DNA of 25,736 nt from a virus (Duplodnaviria > Caudoviricetes). The stretch spans positions 1-25,736 of IMG/VR virus record IMGVR_UViG_3300035676_000530. One strand, given 5' to 3'. The position numbers were made by a program, and so were the translations under genes. Of this stretch, positions 22,255-25,736 are shown piece after piece (position 1 is the first letter of the stretch; every line of letters begins with the position of its first letter). The notes below the pieces were generated by a model, which was given only the letters and a program-made list of their open reading frames with translations, did not search any database and was not told the origin of the DNA.

Positions 22255-22745
22255 AAGTCAAAGCTCGAATAATAAAGAACTTTAACGCCTGCCTCATAAA
22301 AAAGTTCGTTTGCTGCAAGAAAGTTTTTTCTCCATCGTTCCGGAGCCAATGCCGGATCTGGGCAAACCACTTTTGCAACACCTGCTTGAATCACTGCGGA
22401 AGCGCATTGTGAGCAAGGTGGAAATGTAACGTAAAGCGTAGATCCTTCGACCTTCGTTCCGTTTTTTGCTGCATTAAGGATGGCGTTTTTCTCAGCATGT
22501 ACTGTAATGCTAAGTTTGTACTCCCTGTCAATATAGCGTTCCAAATTGTCTTCAATTAGTTGAGGGAAGCCATTGTATCCTGTAGACAGGATTCGACGGT
22601 CATGCACAAGCACGCACCCAACTTTAGTGCCAGGATCTTTACTCCAGAGACGAACTTCTTCTGCAATACGAAGAAATCTATTGTCCCATTTCGATAGGTG
22701 AGGATTCCTCGAGGTATTCGATGTATTCTCCGAGCGCATGAGCAA
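22110..22745 (-). CDS. dCMP deaminase (start uncertain)
   Basis: SKDPGTKVG, TGYNGFP, HAEKNA and PCSQC. Confidence 0.92.
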   Translation of the reverse strand: MLMRSENTSNTSRNPHLSKWDNRFLRIAEEVRLWSKDPGTKVGCVLVHDRRILSTGYNGFPQLIEDNLERYIDREYKLSITVHAEKNAILNAAKNGTKVEGSTLYVTFPPCSQCASAVIQAGVAKVVCPDPALAPERWRKNFLAANELFYEAGVKVLYYSSFDLCLTETAPSVEPTGLTDNCTGQQENQEKTPTLTLSYAGDYLPKRLKDA

Positions 22746-22938
22746 ACTCTACACAAATTTGTTTTCGTGATTTAAACTCTTGACAATAAGCATCGGATGT
22801 ATGAATAAAACCATCCCAGCATGCTTTAAGTTCACTTAAGCCGTATTCAACTTGAAGATAAGAAGTTGTTTCTGCCAGTTCGTATAAACCGGAAGCCACT
22901 CGCATCATATGCTCAAAAGTGCACTCAGACGCTTTCAT
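22678..22938 (-). CDS. hypothetical protein
   Basis: ATGA-coupled to mazG. Confidence 0.7.
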   Translation of the reverse strand: MKASECTFEHMMRVASGLYELAETTSYLQVEYGLSELKACWDGFIHTSDAYCQEFKSRKQICVEFAHALGEYIEYLEESSPIEMGQ

Positions 22939-23294
22939 CGGTTGTCTCCTGAACCTCCCAGAACACCTCGCTCTTGGCGAGAACGAAGTTTAAAGAGGTT
23001 CATTTCCATGATTTCCCCGAGAGAATAACCTAGTTCATTTGCAAGAACGGCGATGTACCAGCACACATCAGACAATTCTTTAGCAATTTCTTCTTTGGTA
23101 GTTTCGTCTAGAAAATGGGAATTTCCCATGATGCTAGGGTTGGGGGAATTACCGTCCCGAATAATTTTTTTAACTTTTTCCGCTACTTCACCGGCTTCAC
23201 CGACAAGTCCAAGAGTAGGATAGAGAAAGTTGCTCCCTTGGTTTGGATAGATTGCGGTTTCGAGAGCTTGACGTTGGTATTCGTTGGAGAGCAT
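22935..23294 (-). CDS. mazG: MazG-like nucleotide pyrophosphohydrolase
   Basis: LGLVGEAGEVAEKVKK, KELSDVCWY and GSGDNR. Confidence 0.9.
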   Translation of the reverse strand: MLSNEYQRQALETAIYPNQGSNFLYPTLGLVGEAGEVAEKVKKIIRDGNSPNPSIMGNSHFLDETTKEEIAKELSDVCWYIAVLANELGYSLGEIMEMNLFKLRSRQERGVLGGSGDNR

Positions 23295-23314
23295 AATCGT
23301 TTTGAATCGACTGT

Positions 23315-23341
23315 AGTATAGTTGAGGGATGTTACTGTAAA
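23315..23341 (-). promoter_or_regulatory. putative promoter, 15-bp spacer class
   Basis: TTTACA-15-TATACT. Confidence 0.55.
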
Positions 23342-23854
23342 CTAGAAACCCACGTCCACTTCGCGAGCCACACCTCGTTCCACCAAATCGTCCCAGTCAG
23401 TACTGACAACACCGATAGTAAATTTGACGATTGATGGGCTTTTACCCGCGAAAGCGGCCACTTCCTTCAAAAGTTCTTGATAAAAGGTAACTTCTGATGC
23501 GAATTCGTCGATTACAAGTTTGGGTATAAAAACCAAACATGACATGTCATGGTCCTCCGTTAAGAAATAAACGGTGACAGGTTCACGTCCTACAAAGAAA
23601 GATATAGGAAAAACAATTTCGCTAGTATCCGTTCGTGTCTCAACCAGTAGAGAATTCCAATCTCCTCTATCTGAAGAGAAACATGATTTAATTTTTTGAA
23701 GAGCAAGTGAACGATCTTTACCATAACCGTAATCAACTGTTGCTTCAGCCGAGACGGTAATCCCTGTTAAGTAAACGCCGAACAAGTCGGATTTTCCTTT
23801 TCTAGTGACTAAATTAGTTAAAAAGGAAACTGGATCATGGATTTTGTGATTCAT
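23342..23854 (-). CDS. hypothetical protein
   Basis: 170-aa ORF in the operon. Confidence 0.75.
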   Translation of the reverse strand: MNHKIHDPVSFLTNLVTRKGKSDLFGVYLTGITVSAEATVDYGYGKDRSLALQKIKSCFSSDRGDWNSLLVETRTDTSEIVFPISFFVGREPVTVYFLTEDHDMSCLVFIPKLVIDEFASEVTFYQELLKEVAAFAGKSPSIVKFTIGVVSTDWDDLVERGVAREVDVGF

Positions 23855-24302
23855 TGTATGAGGGTTGTGATGCTTGAGGTTGATTTTCGTAGGCTATATA
23901 TCCCCCATTTTGTACAAGTTTTGTTGGATCGTTTTTCATAACTTCACGAGTGTTATTCTGGATTCTACCATTTTTAAACTCGGGATGTGTTTTCAGCAAG
24001 TCAAACACATTACGCTTGGCTTCAATACTGAAAGACCCAAAATATCGATCCGTTGCATTATCCGTTTGCGATCCCCCTGTATTCAGTGGCCCCTCCCCAT
24101 ATTTGGGGAGAGTTCCGTTTCTCATCGGCTCCACTCCGGATTTCGGTTGATCTAAATCTTTTCTTGACTTAACTTTACGAGAACCGTATTTATTTTTAAG
24201 ATTAAACTCTCCAGCGGCATTACCATATTTTTGAGTGGGATCTCCTGCGCTACTAATCGGTGTAGGCGCATCAGGAACATTGTCGCCAAAGAATTCTTCC
24301 AT
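23835..24302 (-). CDS. hypothetical protein (polar, probably disordered)
   Basis: 155-aa ORF starting 1 nt after the upstream stop. Confidence 0.75.
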   Translation of the reverse strand: MEEFFGDNVPDAPTPISSAGDPTQKYGNAAGEFNLKNKYGSRKVKSRKDLDQPKSGVEPMRNGTLPKYGEGPLNTGGSQTDNATDRYFGSFSIEAKRNVFDLLKTHPEFKNGRIQNNTREVMKNDPTKLVQNGGYIAYENQPQASQPSYNESQNP

Positions 24303-24303
24303 A

Positions 24304-24690
24304 TTAAGTCAAGGGCAAACGCAAACTGGGAACAAACACTTTTTCGCCAACTCTGCGGATACCAATTACATACTTCGCAGTGAAGTATTCTCCGGGTTGA
24401 GGAATAATGTAATTAAATTTGATAATTTGCCACAAAGGACAGAGAAAGAAAGAATGCTCTAAATCTTCGGATCCCTTCGCGTATAATTTGCAAAGAAGCC
24501 TAGGAGTGTATAACTGACAAAAAGTTTCCACTTCCTGAACAGTTCCGATCAAATCATACAAATTCGCAGGATCGTCACAGCAGGTGAAACCTTCTGACTC
24601 AAGCTGTTCTTTTAGTCGAGCTTGTTTTTGGCATTCATATTGGAAGGCATCCATTGATGTTTCTTCGGTAAAGTTAGTTACATCAAACAT
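24304..24690 (-). CDS. hypothetical protein
   Basis: Start reassigned to ATG 24690 (MFDVTNF), 1 nt after the helicase stop. Confidence 0.7.
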   Translation of the reverse strand: MFDVTNFTEETSMDAFQYECQKQARLKEQLESEGFTCCDDPANLYDLIGTVQEVETFCQLYTPRLLCKLYAKGSEDLEHSFFLCPLWQIIKFNYIIPQPGEYFTAKYVIGIRRVGEKVFVPSLRLPLT

Positions 24691-24691
24691 T

Positions 24692-25735
24692 TTACCCCTC
24701 CAGTTTGTAAAGTTTCTCTCTAGCTGCTTTTCTAAACACTTCTGCCCTATCAGGCGAATAATGTTTATTCTCGATCCAAGAATCAATACAGGTTTGGTCT
24801 GGATTAGTCAAGCGTTTAACATCACGCTCATCGAGCTCGAGTAATAGTTCTTTGCCTTCCGCTTCAAGTTCTTCACAAGCGAAGCGCATGTTTTCCCAGT
24901 TCTCGATCACATAGTTAGCTGCTCCGCCAATTTGGAAACCATCCCTCATAACAAGACGTTCCATTGTTTCTTTGATAACCTTCGATGCTGTTTCTCGAGA
25001 ATTTTGACCTTCTTGGAGATAATAAGAAACCGCTTTCTTTACCGACTCCCAACGAATTTCTCGATAACCCTGATAATAATGTGTTGAAGGTCTACCTGCT
25101 TCCTCCCAACGCTTTTTCATTTTATCCATCAATTTAAGACCTGATGGATCAACCCCTACAAATCTGAAGTGGTCTAGGCATTCGTGAAGGATTTCCGGCG
25201 TAAGTTCCGGGATGTTCGCGTCACCTGTCCGGAGCATCCATGCGAATGCCATACCGTTAACAAGCGCCTGCGTGACATCAGCCTTGAAACGGATGCGCTG
25301 GCGTGTCGTCCAATACCTGACCTCGACCTGGAGCCGATTAATTGATGGGTCACGAGTGTCCGTAATGACCTCCCAGAAGCGGTCGGTCGCGAGCCGTAGA
25401 CACCATAGATAGAGTGCCTCCGGACTGACTCCGAGCTTGTTTGCCAGATACGGGATATGTGCTCTTGGACGAAGATCAGGCGAGCCCTCCGACACAGTTC
25501 CCTCCAGACAGTCACGGTTCTTAGCAACCTCGTACTCCCGGTAGGTGGAAATGATCTTGATCCGGTCGATGATTCCTGGGTCAAGGTCGTAGGCGAACTT
25601 GCTGTTCCAGTCGTTTGAGTTAACGAGGATAACAGTCTTCGGCCAGATCTGCTCAGCGTCCTGAAATTTCTCTTCAACCTGAAATAAGCCATTTGTAATT
25701 AAGATTTTGGTTTCTTCGGCTGCGAGGAACTTTTT
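24692..25735 (-). CDS. C-terminal part of D5-like / SF3 primase-helicase (5'-truncated by window)
   Basis: The frame of the 267-aa ORF is open to the window edge: KILITNGLFQVEEKF (B'), VILVNSN (motif C) and DPGIIDRI (Arg-finger region). Confidence 0.7.
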   Translation of the reverse strand, partial: KKFLAAEETKILITNGLFQVEEKFQDAEQIWPKTVILVNSNDWNSKFAYDLDPGIIDRIKIISTYREYEVAKNRDCLEGTVSEGSPDLRPRAHIPYLANKLGVSPEALYLWCLRLATDRFWEVITDTRDPSINRLQVEVRYWTTRQRIRFKADVTQALVNGMAFAWMLRTGDANIPELTPEILHECLDHFRFVGVDPSGLKLMDKMKKRWEEAGRPSTHYYQGYREIRWESVKKAVSYYLQEGQNSRETASKVIKETMERLVMRDGFQIGGAANYVIENWENMRFACEELEAEGKELLLELDERDVKRLTNPDQTCIDSWIENKHYSPDRAEVFRKAAREKLYKLEG

Positions 25736-25736
25736 G

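Noticed and set aside
25174-25692. 172-aa Arg/Ser-rich ORF
   Set aside because: Alternate frame inside the helicase gene, whose own frame is open to the window edge.
1-25736. CRISPR array, transposase/integrase, or stop-codon recoding
   Set aside because: No regularly spaced repeats or recombinase motifs seen. Known genes are full length in the standard code and use all three stops.

Overview
Fragment of a large cyanophage genome, probably freshwater (nblA-like gene). Genes are densely packed and almost all on the minus strand. Nucleotides 1-1340 hold a tRNA operon (Thr-GGT, Pro-TGG, Asn-GTT, Leu-TAG) whose spacers are filled with GC-rich, self-closing structured RNA modules, including a probable manA RNA and a tRNA-like RNA with two T-arms and no anticodon. 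The rest carries auxiliary metabolic and stress genes (psbA, psbD, hli, nblA-like, dps-like, peroxiredoxin, hsp20, speD, mazG, dCMP deaminase, DenV-like glycosylase) and a class I RNR whose NrdA contains a glutaredoxin domain. It also has two sigma factors, a tandem glutamine (glnA-type) riboswitch ahead of a DUF4278-type gene, and the 3' part of a D5/SF3 helicase. Most notable signals: (1) the ncRNA-packed tRNA operon; (2) an unannotated 34-aa PsbM-like membrane ORF that links the psbA stop to the psbD start and contains an intrinsic terminator; (3) a recurring multi-class promoter grammar (TTTAC-17-TATA plus a CGG-N4-CCG box, TTTAC-15-TA, and GGGTAAAA); (4) small proteins sharing an acidic F-x-E/VYDFA leader. 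All family names come from motif recognition by eye; no searches were run.
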